From: a virus
Lineage: Duplodnaviria; Caudoviricetes
DNA: 64,000 nucleotides
Virus record (IMG/VR): IMGVR_UViG_3300025387_000009
Reading direction: 5' to 3' (one strand)
Shown here: in pieces, positions 30,001 through 39,900 of the stretch
Numbering within the stretch: the first letter of the stretch is position 1
Layout of the letters: every line of letters begins with the position of its first letter
Translations under genes and position numbers: made by a program
The notes under the pieces: model-generated
Seen by the model: the letters and a program-made list of their open reading frames with translations, nothing else
Told to the model about the DNA's origin: nothing
Databases searched by the model: none

Positions 30001-30795
30001 CTGAAATCAGTTTCTTTTCAAGATAAACTAAATCAAAGTGAAAATCTTTTTAATTTCTTTTCAACTATATTTGGGTTGTCATCACATGATGATCTCGGTG
30101 TAAAATCATACGAAAAAACCGCAAATTATACTTCAAATATAGTAGATATAGATACGTGTAATGTTAATAATCTTTATGATCTAGCAGAATCTGTTGATCT
30201 TAATACAGATGATTTTCGTTTAAATTATCCAGTTGATATACAACGTTCAATTGATCTTTTAAGTATAAATCAAAGTAGATTATTTGGCAATACTCTAAAT
30301 GATAATTTTAATTTTGCGACTCCAAGCCAGTATAATAATTTTAATAGAGGCGATTTATTAGACACAAAAACTTATATGGTAACAGCAGGAATTCCTGTCG
30401 TATTGAAAGCCAAGTCTTTGAATTCTTATCGTTTAATTCCAACAGGGCAACTTCCCCTAAACGATGATGTTGTTACAAACTTAACAACTATGGGATTAAC
30501 ATCTTATAGTTTAGATAAATTAGCTTATTTTATTGGGTTAACATATTCACCTTATCCTTGGACACAATTATATGAATTTTATGAATTTGTTGCACCAGCT
30601 AACGAGATACTCGTTGAAAATACTGTGGATTGGAATAATCAATTCATGAACATCAACAGAGATGAATATTTATTAGCACTCACAAACCAAATTTCAGGCA
30701 TGTATCCCGACTCCTATCTTAACTGGAATAACGACAATGGTATGATTGAATTTATCTTCACCTATCAACTTTATAAAGGATTTGGTTTAATTTAA
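27091..30795 (+). CDS. Large baseplate-associated protein: two PKD domains, NHL/Vgb-like propeller, helical C-terminus (possible gp7 analogue)
   Basis: FYWDLGDG...HIYTSPNNYTVALT and YYWDFGD...THLYKLPNNYNVTLTV (PKD); repeated xDxN(E/N)N(V/L)W(V/F); follows gp25-gp6. Confidence 0.7.
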   Translation: MASSYIILNPPNFGYTLTTDFTFVPDSYTAQNYNQFYWDLGDGTTTTQISGNHIYTSPNNYTVALTAYNIINGNVNSLTSVSTNVNVSLFNTNYPNGFANATNFQFITDNQLATLGYNTYYWDFGDYSSSREPNPTHLYKLPNNYNVTLTVYDSAGNFYKETHPINVELFLNESIYFEVLPPPTFAGHYNRYPFKLVITSSSTEPHYIDLGAQFSKSYQYQEPENNWSFLRPQWRFLDLNGNQIDSIQTIDTPVAIDDTGKLNPTANVVGVSGYAEFYFVDDLYNTDLYLNNKPYSTIIATLRTSGIRSFNDSYNSDNNTPSFSNSLATVSVPHIFTFREPDYISITQNGISPISKIRFIGQDNPILVNLKVNSYYIFDYLVDGNGTLIANSNEFIHYIPADGTTYYELFSSVNIPFQLSAKDLAGDILTFNYTPTPTEFEFKDSNGFLTSGYYKGSFVNNQSAIDSQIDASGSFPILPASAITINPILWISNPNAGMLTTSQYQNIVNLSSVYLHTNAFNMPVIQTYNTEFQNDVMAVSGIHGINAIAALPLPSYHAWATDTELNKLYRINSVGNILIEVDLNSIINNLQYSLTALNFLIPNQLSPVSLAVDSNENVWVACFDTPYILKFDKLGNYIQTVTFNSSQISNPDFLQAWIDQSNQWVDPSTLPTNYTKVDTEDSYPIQPTFIDTDLNNNVWVTYSNPFSGWLVKYDTYGAILTSIQFPYYKSPNEIVCDTNNNLWVSLNDEITQAGINNGYLQYINGTTGAVISSFGPFNSVNHLTIDTNQNVWFTYSYHFLGSINPNTGATITFPVTSTTYSNNTPQWFNNKINSDDTALEGICSDFLNRIYVINSYENAVYIIDANSTNIIDRFYIQPKGFTPYLSAANTATIFDYNNWSKSAQANGDWSGFRWISKYFYNRNNGSYVTDSNGVLYKNIVGSTSSNYINFYPPDYYDLYKINENFDMSGQLKSVSFQDKLNQSENLFNFFSTIFGLSSHDDLGVKSYEKTANYTSNIVDIDTCNVNNLYDLAESVDLNTDDFRLNYPVDIQRSIDLLSINQSRLFGNTLNDNFNFATPSQYNNFNRGDLLDTKTYMVTAGIPVVLKAKSLNSYRLIPTGQLPLNDDVVTNLTTMGLTSYSLDKLAYFIGLTYSPYPWTQLYEFYEFVAPANEILVENTVDWNNQFMNINRDEYLLALTNQISGMYPDSYLNWNNDNGMIEFIFTYQLYKGFGLI

Positions 30796-30830
30796 AGGAG
30801 AATTTTTGACCTTTAATAATAAATATTAAC

Positions 30831-33800
30831 ATGTATAGCGTATCTTCAGTACATTTTAGTGTATCAGCCAATGGGTCGTGGCCCATGGAAAGTTACGTTA
30901 TAACACCAACTTATTATAACAATAATGTTTTAGCTTTAAGTGCTATGAAGTACTTAAATCTTTTTAGATTTGTTGATAATCCTATAAATGATATAAACAA
31001 TATAATTGATGTATATGGACAGGTCGATTATAACTATGGAAATTCACAATCATTTCGTGATTCAGCTTCTGATACGTATCGTTTAATTTCAAAAACAAAC
31101 AATAGCACCTTTACTTGGGAACCATCATCATTAAGAAATAAAAATTTAGCACCACTTCTTAATAATTTTATTTTATCTATCAATACTCAAGATTTAGGAG
31201 ACAAAACTGTACCTGAGAATAATTCGATTAACTATCTTTCTGATACTGGCTATTTAATGTATCCACAAAGATTGTTTTTAAAACCGATTGCTCTTTCGGC
31301 TAACAATAATGGAACGTATAATTTAATGACATCGACAGTTTTATTATCACCAAATGTCATATTTTTGTCTGGTAATGCGGTTGAGCACGATTCATATTTA
31401 AAACATGTAAATTATAAAACAACTCAACCAAGCTTTAGTACAATAAGAGGAAATTCCATCCCAATTAATTTAGTTTACAGTTTATCGGCTACAAAATACG
31501 TAATAAATACCCTTTTTACGTATACACCTAATTATAATCCGATAACATTTACAACCCAATTAGAAGACAATAATACATATATTTGCCCCGAATCAATTAA
31601 TATAAAATATAATATATCAACTTATAGTGATTATTGGGCAAATTATTATTCAAATAATCCTGCAAAATCAGCATTATATTTAAACGGTATACCACTTGGA
31701 CAACTTTTTGCAGAAGAGCACCAAGATACTTGGTTTGATTTTAGATCATCTTTTATTAATAACTTTAATTTAAATTCTATAAATTATCAAACTTTACAAT
31801 TAACGCAAAGTACATTAAATCCAAACATAGCATTATCAGATGTTAGCAATTGTATTTTGTATGTAACTTTGTCATGTTTACCACCTACTGCACTCGCTTA
31901 TAAAAATTTAACTTATCTTGATCAGTATGGGCAAAGAATACCATATTGTAAACCAGATTATACTTCAGCAAATCAAAACTTTAAAGTAAAATATATTGCC
32001 GAATCACCTTATTATTTTAATAGTTTATTATTACCAAATTCAAGTGTACAGGCAACAACTACTATAACAAGTAATTCTGGTATTATTCCTTTAAATACAC
32101 CGATAAGTGATGGAACTACTCCGTTTGATACGATGGTTTGGACTATTCCATATCCACCGCATTATTATTCATTCAAAACATCTTTTGTTAATAACACTTT
32201 CCAATCACCAAGTGATACATACAGTTTAAGATTTAATCTTTCAACTGGTGTTACTAATAGAGTTATAACGAGTGCGATTAATCCAATTAATCAGACAGAA
32301 TATATCTATCTTTCATCTTATTTAACCAGTGATTTTAATTTATTACAAGCGAATTTACCAACCTATGCACCAAATGATTTTATATCATTGCAATTAGCTG
32401 ATTTCTCTCCAAATCAACCTATTTATTTAACAGAACTATTTTGTTATTACGGACCCAACCTCGATCAATTATATGATTTAGTGAATTCGCCTTATGTTCC
32501 GGTGCAACAAGCATCACAATTTTTATTAGTTTATCCACTATCAGCATACGGTCCGTTTAATGCCACGTTTAGAACATCTTTAAGTAGTTCTCAATTTTAT
32601 CATGTAACACAATCTAGTAATGCAACTCTCGTACATTTTGCATCTGGTTATAACAATGTTTATAAAGGAATGCAAGGTTATCCAATAACCTTGCAAATAT
32701 TAAACGAACAAGCTGATAATATAGTAATTGATTCTTCTTATCTAACTTCTTATCCACAATATCCATCAAGAAATCTTTTAACAATTAGTGACACTAATTC
32801 TGCTTTAGGTGGTCCTTCTCTAATAAGCTGGAATGTTAGCTCTAACAATATAGATCCAAATTCTATTATAACCTTGCAGTCAGTTGATAGTAATGGAAAC
32901 TTTTTATCATCATTTCCTTTAAATCAACCGATACCATTTAACCCTAATTCTTGGACAATTTCCGTTTCGGGATATGGTCCTAATACGGTGACTGTTAGTT
33001 TATCTTCGCAGAAGTATAAAGAAGTAGCAATAGTTAATACAAATCCAAGATTATTTAATTATCTTTATGAAGGCATTATTGATATAGGTGTACAAAATAG
33101 TCAAATTATTGGAAAAACTATTTCCTTTATTTTAACAGCAAAAGCACCCATTAACAATCATGACTACAATTTTCCAACCGGAGTTCCAATGTATTGGACA
33201 TGGAGTTATGATAATAAAACAACTAATATACCAATTACTGCATATTATAACAACGGACCTTTAAACGGTTCGGTTTATAATTATGCAAAAAATGATATTT
33301 CTGATTATATAAACAGTATAACTTTAAATGTTTCTTTAAGTTCATCTTTAAATTCTTATAATAAACATAATATAATTGTTAATGCGCATGCATCGAATCC
33401 AATTGCATCGGGTAGCAAAACGGTAGTTTTAGATGATTATCCCGATCAAAGTATATTTAATACATATTTTAGAACTGCTTATAATTGTCCAAATTCTCCA
33501 TTTATTGCAAATGTATCTTCAAATAAAGTTTTAACCAGACCAAACACTGATTATAATAGTTTTTCATTTTATGTCGGAGATATAGTTCCAACTTTAAATG
33601 CATCTGTATATGCATGGAATATAACAAATAATTTAGGTTTAAATTATACATTAAGTTCCTCAAATTATAAGAGTATATCATCAATAAATCATTTATTATA
33701 TTCTCCAAATATATCAGCAACTTATGTATCACTGTGTGCACTCAGTGCAACAATAGTAGGGTGGTATGTTCCTCATAACTTGGTTGCCACTCAAACCATA

Positions 33801-36800
33801 TACACCATACCAAGTTCTCAATTCTACACACCAGCAAACTTTATAATATATCCACCATATACTTGGCAGCAAGGTAACAGTGGTTATCTTACTGTTATTG
33901 ATAATAGTAATTTTACTATTTCGCAAGCACCAACTGCATATGCTCATAATAGTTCAGGTTCGCAGAAATTTTATGTATCAGCAAATAATATTGGAATAAA
34001 TCAATATGGGTATGTGGCAAATAGACAAAAAAATACACCATTAGTATCTTTACCACCGCTTACAGCAAACAATCAATTAATCAATTTGCCATATGTAAAT
34101 GACTTATCCTCGACAAAAGGAATGACAGTTTATCTAACATCATTTAATGGCTTTTTTCCTAAATCGTCAATAAATTCTTTAAGTTATATTGGTTTAACTT
34201 CGGTTAATTCTATGACCGGAATTTATGCAGGAACTTATCCAATTGCAAGTAATACGATATTTTCTGATAGCAATTTAACATATTCAAGCAATGGGTTGTC
34301 TGCTTTCAACCAATCACCTAAAATAATACCATACGACACAATACAATTACAGTTTTCAACTGTTAATACAGCTGTTGTATTCGATTATAATTCAGTAACA
34401 CAATTAGGATTGCAGTTTACCCCAGTAACATCAATTGATCTCGATAATAATGTATTTGTTGGTGTTTTACAAACTTTAACACCTTTAAATACAGCAAATA
34501 CGCCTATAAGAGCTTATCAAAATGCTAATTCATACGTAACATATTCATTATCATCATTATCAGGTGGTTGGGTCAGTTATGTTAATGTGCCAATGGTAAA
34601 TGGATTATATGATCTTTTTATTTTAAATGTTGGTGATAAATCTAAACCATTAACAGTTGAAGCAAATGAACAAAGTTTATTATATTTAAATGCCACGGCA
34701 AAAGTTTCAGCTTATATTCCGCCAACAACTTATAATTCAGTTGCGGGTTCCAATCTCATAAATGATTCTTGGGATATTATTGTACAAAACACATCAACTG
34801 CATCTGAGACGATAGTTGCTTATACAACAGCGGTAAAACCAGAAATTTATATTTCATCTTACTATGCATTAACAGGTGAAAATATTTTTATCCAATTTAA
34901 AACTCCTTATTTACAAAATACACCAGAAGCTAATATATCAATTGTATCTTATAATATATATTTTGGTGATGGATTATCAGCTTATCATTTGGTTAATGAT
35001 ACTACATATCATTCTTATCAATCAAATGGTACATACAACATATCCTATCAAGTAAATTATAATAATGGAACATCATTAAGCTTCCAATTACCAAATACAC
35101 ATGATATTAAAGTTTATGATGTATGGCCCACCTATGATCAATCGCAAATTAGATTATTATCCGAGCAGGTTTTAACACTTCCTTGGACTTTTGAGCAATG
35201 TAGTATACAACCAAATGAATATGCTGATGCAGACATATTCAATACTACAATGAGTCGTTTATACGATAATTTACAGTATTTAATACATAACACACAAACT
35301 ATTAATACTGATTCTCCTACTTTATTTTATGGATGGTTTGGCACGAGTAAAAATTACATAGGTAGAGGTATTCAATGGCACACTCAAGACTTTTTAGCGG
35401 GTGCAGGTGATTATATAAATCCACAGTATGCAACTTCAGCATCGAATGCATTTTCAAAATCCTTTACAAATATCGTAGATTTTATCCATACTGATAACTA
35501 CACTTTTGTTTTAGATGGTATTAATTTAAGAACGTTTACAAATGGTGCATATAGTACTGAAATATTATTTGATAATATAAATCAAGTTTATCAATTGTTT
35601 AAAAATCCTATTTCAATGGATTATGATCAAATAAATCAGAATTTATATATTTTAGATCAGTACTATAATAAAATTTACAAATTAAATTTAAGTTTTGATT
35701 ATATAAATGAAATTAATATTCAATTGGCAGTTGGCAATTATGGTGGATTATCTGATCCTAATAAATTCAATTCACCTACAGAAATAAAATATTTAAATAA
35801 TAATGTATATGTTTTAGATTACAATAATCATTGTGTAAAACAATATACTAAAGATTTAAATTGGGTTTACACGTATCATGTTGATGATTTCGATCAAAGT
35901 ATAGGTACAATAACAACACCTATATACAATAACAATCCAGAATGTTTTTCAATTCATCCTACAACATTATTCCCATATATCTTAACTAAGAGTAATAAGA
36001 TTTATGTATTTGAAGAAACTGGTGGATTAATTACAGAATTTCAGATTCTTGATCCAATAACAAATCAATCGGAAACAAGAATACCAATCAAATTAGTATT
36101 TGATCCTAATGGAAATTTCATGTATATAGTTTATAGTAATGAGATAATTAAATTTACTTTAACAGGATTATTCATTGGGTATGTGGACAAAATTCCAAAC
36201 GTTACGTTATTAAATAATTTTACATCTGCAAAAAATTCATCAAATGAAACATTATTATTCTCAACAAATAATAGTATTTTAAAAGTTCAGGATTTAGTAA
36301 CTTTATATAAAGTTGGTGAAGGGTTACCTTTCCAATATTGGACTGAAGATCAGATTTTAATTTCAAGAGATGAATTTACCGCTGACAATGTTTATAATAG
36401 AGCATTTACAAGATTGGTTCAAAATATTAAAACGTTTAGAAATACAATGGATTCTAAATTTATTACTGCAATTGAATCAACTCCTTATGGACAGGTTACA
36501 TATCTTGCTAAAACTCCTATTTTAGTTTCAAGCAGACCAGTATTTTCAGCTGATATTGAAAATGAAAATGTTCAGGTTGGAGTAAATGAATTTAATATTC
36601 CACAAGTATTCAATAAAGAAATATCTAAAATATATGATGCACTGACATATTTGGCTGGATATCTATCGGTTACTGATAGCAGAAACTTATCAGGTGTTAA
36701 TACAGGTTGCAGTAATCCATTCTGTTGGTCTTGGCAAGCTATGTCTTGCTACAATTTAACGCTACCTGTTATTCGTATATGTAATGTTAATCCAATAACA

Positions 36801-36932
36801 TATGCAGAGCTTCAAAGCAACTTTCCAAGTTCATATTCCTTCTCTTCAACTCAACAATTAACTAATACGTGGGGTGATGCAACATCTGATTGTTGTTCTA
36901 ATGTTTTTTACCCTCCTATTACAGCAATTTAA
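30831..36932 (+). CDS. Very large structural protein with a PKD-like domain and NHL repeats
   Basis: 2033 aa. YNIYFGDG...HSYQSNGTYNISY; FNSPTEIKYLNNNVYVLDYNNHCVKQY; Cys-rich C-terminus. Confidence 0.65.
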   Translation: MYSVSSVHFSVSANGSWPMESYVITPTYYNNNVLALSAMKYLNLFRFVDNPINDINNIIDVYGQVDYNYGNSQSFRDSASDTYRLISKTNNSTFTWEPSSLRNKNLAPLLNNFILSINTQDLGDKTVPENNSINYLSDTGYLMYPQRLFLKPIALSANNNGTYNLMTSTVLLSPNVIFLSGNAVEHDSYLKHVNYKTTQPSFSTIRGNSIPINLVYSLSATKYVINTLFTYTPNYNPITFTTQLEDNNTYICPESINIKYNISTYSDYWANYYSNNPAKSALYLNGIPLGQLFAEEHQDTWFDFRSSFINNFNLNSINYQTLQLTQSTLNPNIALSDVSNCILYVTLSCLPPTALAYKNLTYLDQYGQRIPYCKPDYTSANQNFKVKYIAESPYYFNSLLLPNSSVQATTTITSNSGIIPLNTPISDGTTPFDTMVWTIPYPPHYYSFKTSFVNNTFQSPSDTYSLRFNLSTGVTNRVITSAINPINQTEYIYLSSYLTSDFNLLQANLPTYAPNDFISLQLADFSPNQPIYLTELFCYYGPNLDQLYDLVNSPYVPVQQASQFLLVYPLSAYGPFNATFRTSLSSSQFYHVTQSSNATLVHFASGYNNVYKGMQGYPITLQILNEQADNIVIDSSYLTSYPQYPSRNLLTISDTNSALGGPSLISWNVSSNNIDPNSIITLQSVDSNGNFLSSFPLNQPIPFNPNSWTISVSGYGPNTVTVSLSSQKYKEVAIVNTNPRLFNYLYEGIIDIGVQNSQIIGKTISFILTAKAPINNHDYNFPTGVPMYWTWSYDNKTTNIPITAYYNNGPLNGSVYNYAKNDISDYINSITLNVSLSSSLNSYNKHNIIVNAHASNPIASGSKTVVLDDYPDQSIFNTYFRTAYNCPNSPFIANVSSNKVLTRPNTDYNSFSFYVGDIVPTLNASVYAWNITNNLGLNYTLSSSNYKSISSINHLLYSPNISATYVSLCALSATIVGWYVPHNLVATQTIYTIPSSQFYTPANFIIYPPYTWQQGNSGYLTVIDNSNFTISQAPTAYAHNSSGSQKFYVSANNIGINQYGYVANRQKNTPLVSLPPLTANNQLINLPYVNDLSSTKGMTVYLTSFNGFFPKSSINSLSYIGLTSVNSMTGIYAGTYPIASNTIFSDSNLTYSSNGLSAFNQSPKIIPYDTIQLQFSTVNTAVVFDYNSVTQLGLQFTPVTSIDLDNNVFVGVLQTLTPLNTANTPIRAYQNANSYVTYSLSSLSGGWVSYVNVPMVNGLYDLFILNVGDKSKPLTVEANEQSLLYLNATAKVSAYIPPTTYNSVAGSNLINDSWDIIVQNTSTASETIVAYTTAVKPEIYISSYYALTGENIFIQFKTPYLQNTPEANISIVSYNIYFGDGLSAYHLVNDTTYHSYQSNGTYNISYQVNYNNGTSLSFQLPNTHDIKVYDVWPTYDQSQIRLLSEQVLTLPWTFEQCSIQPNEYADADIFNTTMSRLYDNLQYLIHNTQTINTDSPTLFYGWFGTSKNYIGRGIQWHTQDFLAGAGDYINPQYATSASNAFSKSFTNIVDFIHTDNYTFVLDGINLRTFTNGAYSTEILFDNINQVYQLFKNPISMDYDQINQNLYILDQYYNKIYKLNLSFDYINEINIQLAVGNYGGLSDPNKFNSPTEIKYLNNNVYVLDYNNHCVKQYTKDLNWVYTYHVDDFDQSIGTITTPIYNNNPECFSIHPTTLFPYILTKSNKIYVFEETGGLITEFQILDPITNQSETRIPIKLVFDPNGNFMYIVYSNEIIKFTLTGLFIGYVDKIPNVTLLNNFTSAKNSSNETLLFSTNNSILKVQDLVTLYKVGEGLPFQYWTEDQILISRDEFTADNVYNRAFTRLVQNIKTFRNTMDSKFITAIESTPYGQVTYLAKTPILVSSRPVFSADIENENVQVGVNEFNIPQVFNKEISKIYDALTYLAGYLSVTDSRNLSGVNTGCSNPFCWSWQAMSCYNLTLPVIRICNVNPITYAELQSNFPSSYSFSSTQQLTNTWGDATSDCCSNVFYPPITAI

Positions 36933-36951
36933 GGATAATTATTAATAAGCA

Positions 36952-39900
36952 ATGAGACCCAATTCCAAATATCATAGACAAAATCACCATACATATGCTC
37001 ACGCAACTAATCCTGATTCATCTCATGATCCTATAGCTAGTTTCACAGCACCATTTTATGGTGATTTTGTATTGCAAGGTGGTTTAAGTGCAATTGTTCC
37101 ATCGACAAGTGCTTATGCAGCTGCATTTATTGGAGGAAATGTTGGTATTGGTACTGCTAACCCAAATCAGCAATTAACTGTTATAGGTAATGTTAGCGCA
37201 ACTGGTAATCAATATACAAACGGTAACTTAACTGTTAATAATATAATAGCAAATAATATTACTGCTTCTGGTAATCTCAGTTTAAGTGGAAATTCTACAA
37301 TACAAGGAAGCCAAACCATTAGTGGTCTGGTTTCTGGAGGTGGTGGTTTACAAATTCAAGCACCTTTAAATGGCGCAGCTGCTATTTTTAAAGGCGGTAA
37401 TGTTGGTATCAATAACACCTCTCCTAATTACCCTTTACAAGTTAAAGGTGATGCTTGGATAGACGGAAATTTATGGTTAACAAAAAATTTAAATCTTTCT
37501 GGAACAATTGTTGATCACACCACATTACAATTATCAAGTAACGGTTTAGATTTAATAAACTACGGAACCAGAACTACGCTTTTTACTCGCCAAGATGGAT
37601 TTCAACCAGTAATAGTTTCTCAGGTTACTAATCCAATCACGAATCAACCATTAACTGCTTTCTATGTTGACGGTTTAGCAACAGGAGGATACGTTGGTAT
37701 CGGTGGAACAACCACTCCAAATTGGCATCTTGCTGTTCAGGGGTCGATAAGTGCTAGTGGTAATGTATTCGTTCCGATTTTATCTTGTAATTCTATAGAT
37801 TTAACATCTGAAATGCATCCCGATGGAAGAAATCCATCTATATTCATAGGTGAATATAATCTTTCAAATACTTCTCCTCAATCAGGAGTTAAAATGATTT
37901 ATGATAAACAGAGTGATACTTTTTATATTCAAAATATTCAAGGTAACATTCAGCCATTAACGGCACTTTCTGTTAATCAAAATGGTTGGGTTGGTGTTAA
38001 TACTGCATTCCCCACAACAAACTTCACAGTTAACGGAGCAATAAGTGCAAGTTGTACTTTAATTGTAGGTTATAATAACTCAATCGGTTCTGGAAAATAT
38101 GCTGCTGTTGTAGGCGGATGCAACAATTCATCAACCGCAAATTATTCAAGTGTGTTAGGTGGCGCATGTAATACATCTTCTGGTTGCTATAGTGTTGTTG
38201 TCAACGGTTATTGCAATCAAGCAACCGGAAAATATACAATTGTTGGCGGTGGTTATTGTAACTGTGCAACTGGTGATTGCTCAAACGTTTCTGCTGGATA
38301 TTGCAACAAAGCAACGGTAGGATTTTCATCTGTTGTTGCTGGGTTTTCTTCTTGTGCAATTTGTACACATGCTAATATTTTAGGTGGTTATCTTAATACA
38401 GCTTCTGGTTATCATGCCAATATTTTAGGTGGTAATAATAATACATCAAGCGGAACCTGTTCAAATATATTGGGTGGATTCTGCAACGTTGCAAGTGGAA
38501 ATCATTCAAGTGTTGTTATTGGTCAATGCAACACGGCTAGCGGATGCCAAACAACAGTTGTTGCTGGTAATTGCAATACAGCATCTGGAAATTATTCATT
38601 TATTGCAGGTGGATCAGCAAACAACACTAATAACCAGACAAATACCTATGTTTTAGGTACTGCGATAACAGCAACAAGATCACATTTTACATATGTAAAT
38701 AATTTAAGTTCACAAGGTTATGTGTATGGAAATTATATTGGTAACGGTTCAAACTTAACTGGCGTTTTAGCATCAGGCAGTTTCTTTACAACGGGTACAA
38801 GTCTTTCATCGTTACAATATGTTTACGGCTCAAATTGTGCGTGTGCAAACTTCTCATCTATTTTTGGTGGGAAAAATAATACAATTTCATCAGGCGGCAC
38901 AAATTCATCAATAACGGGTGGTGTTCGCAATACTGCTTCTGCAAATTATACACATATAAGTGGTGGTTGTTGCAATACGGCTAGTAATAGTTTTTCAAAT
39001 GTAAATGGTGGTGGTTCAAATTGTGCGGGTGCATATGGATCTAATATATCTGGCGGATGTTTAAATTCCATAAGTTCAAGTGGTTCATTTTCTAATATTT
39101 CAGGTGGCGAACAAAACTGCATAACAGGTTATGACTCTAATATAACAGGAGGATGTTTAAATTGCGTTTCTGGAAATAGATCGGTTATAACAGGAGGTCA
39201 GCAAAATACTGCATCCGGTAATTATAGTTTTATTGCTGGCGGAGTTTCTAACAATACAAATAATTTACCAAATACGTTTATTTTGGGTTCTAATATTACT
39301 GCACTATCCAGTAACTTTACCTATGTTAATAACTTGAGTTCAACTGGTGATTTATACACACAAAATATTATCATTGGTAAGAGTTTAAATGTATTGGGTG
39401 ATTTAACAAGTTTAAGTAGAGCAGTTATTAATGGTCAAGTTAGAAATATAGTTGTAGGAAGTACAGGTGTAGGATATACAGTTGCGCCAACTGTAACTAT
39501 TGACCCACCAACTGACACTAATACGAATGGTAAAGTTAATATACAAGCAACAGCAGTTGCAAATATAGATGCCTTCGGTCACGTTATTGGTATTACCATA
39601 ACAAATGCAGGTCAAGGTTATCTTCAGCATCCTAATGTAACAATTACTGGTGGAAACGGTGCAGGTGCTACAGCTTATGCATTTTCTGATTATTCTGCTT
39701 TACCAAATTCAAAAGGAAGAGGTGGACAAGCATCTACAGTAATGTTCTGGGATGGAAGATTGTTTTCATCAGGTCGTTCATATTATGGATCAATTCCAAC
39801 AGGATATTATGCCGATTTATCAATTGTAAATCCAGTTACAATTACTCCCACTGATGCCGCAACACCAGTTGCTAGACCAGTAGAATTCTGGCAAGCTGGA

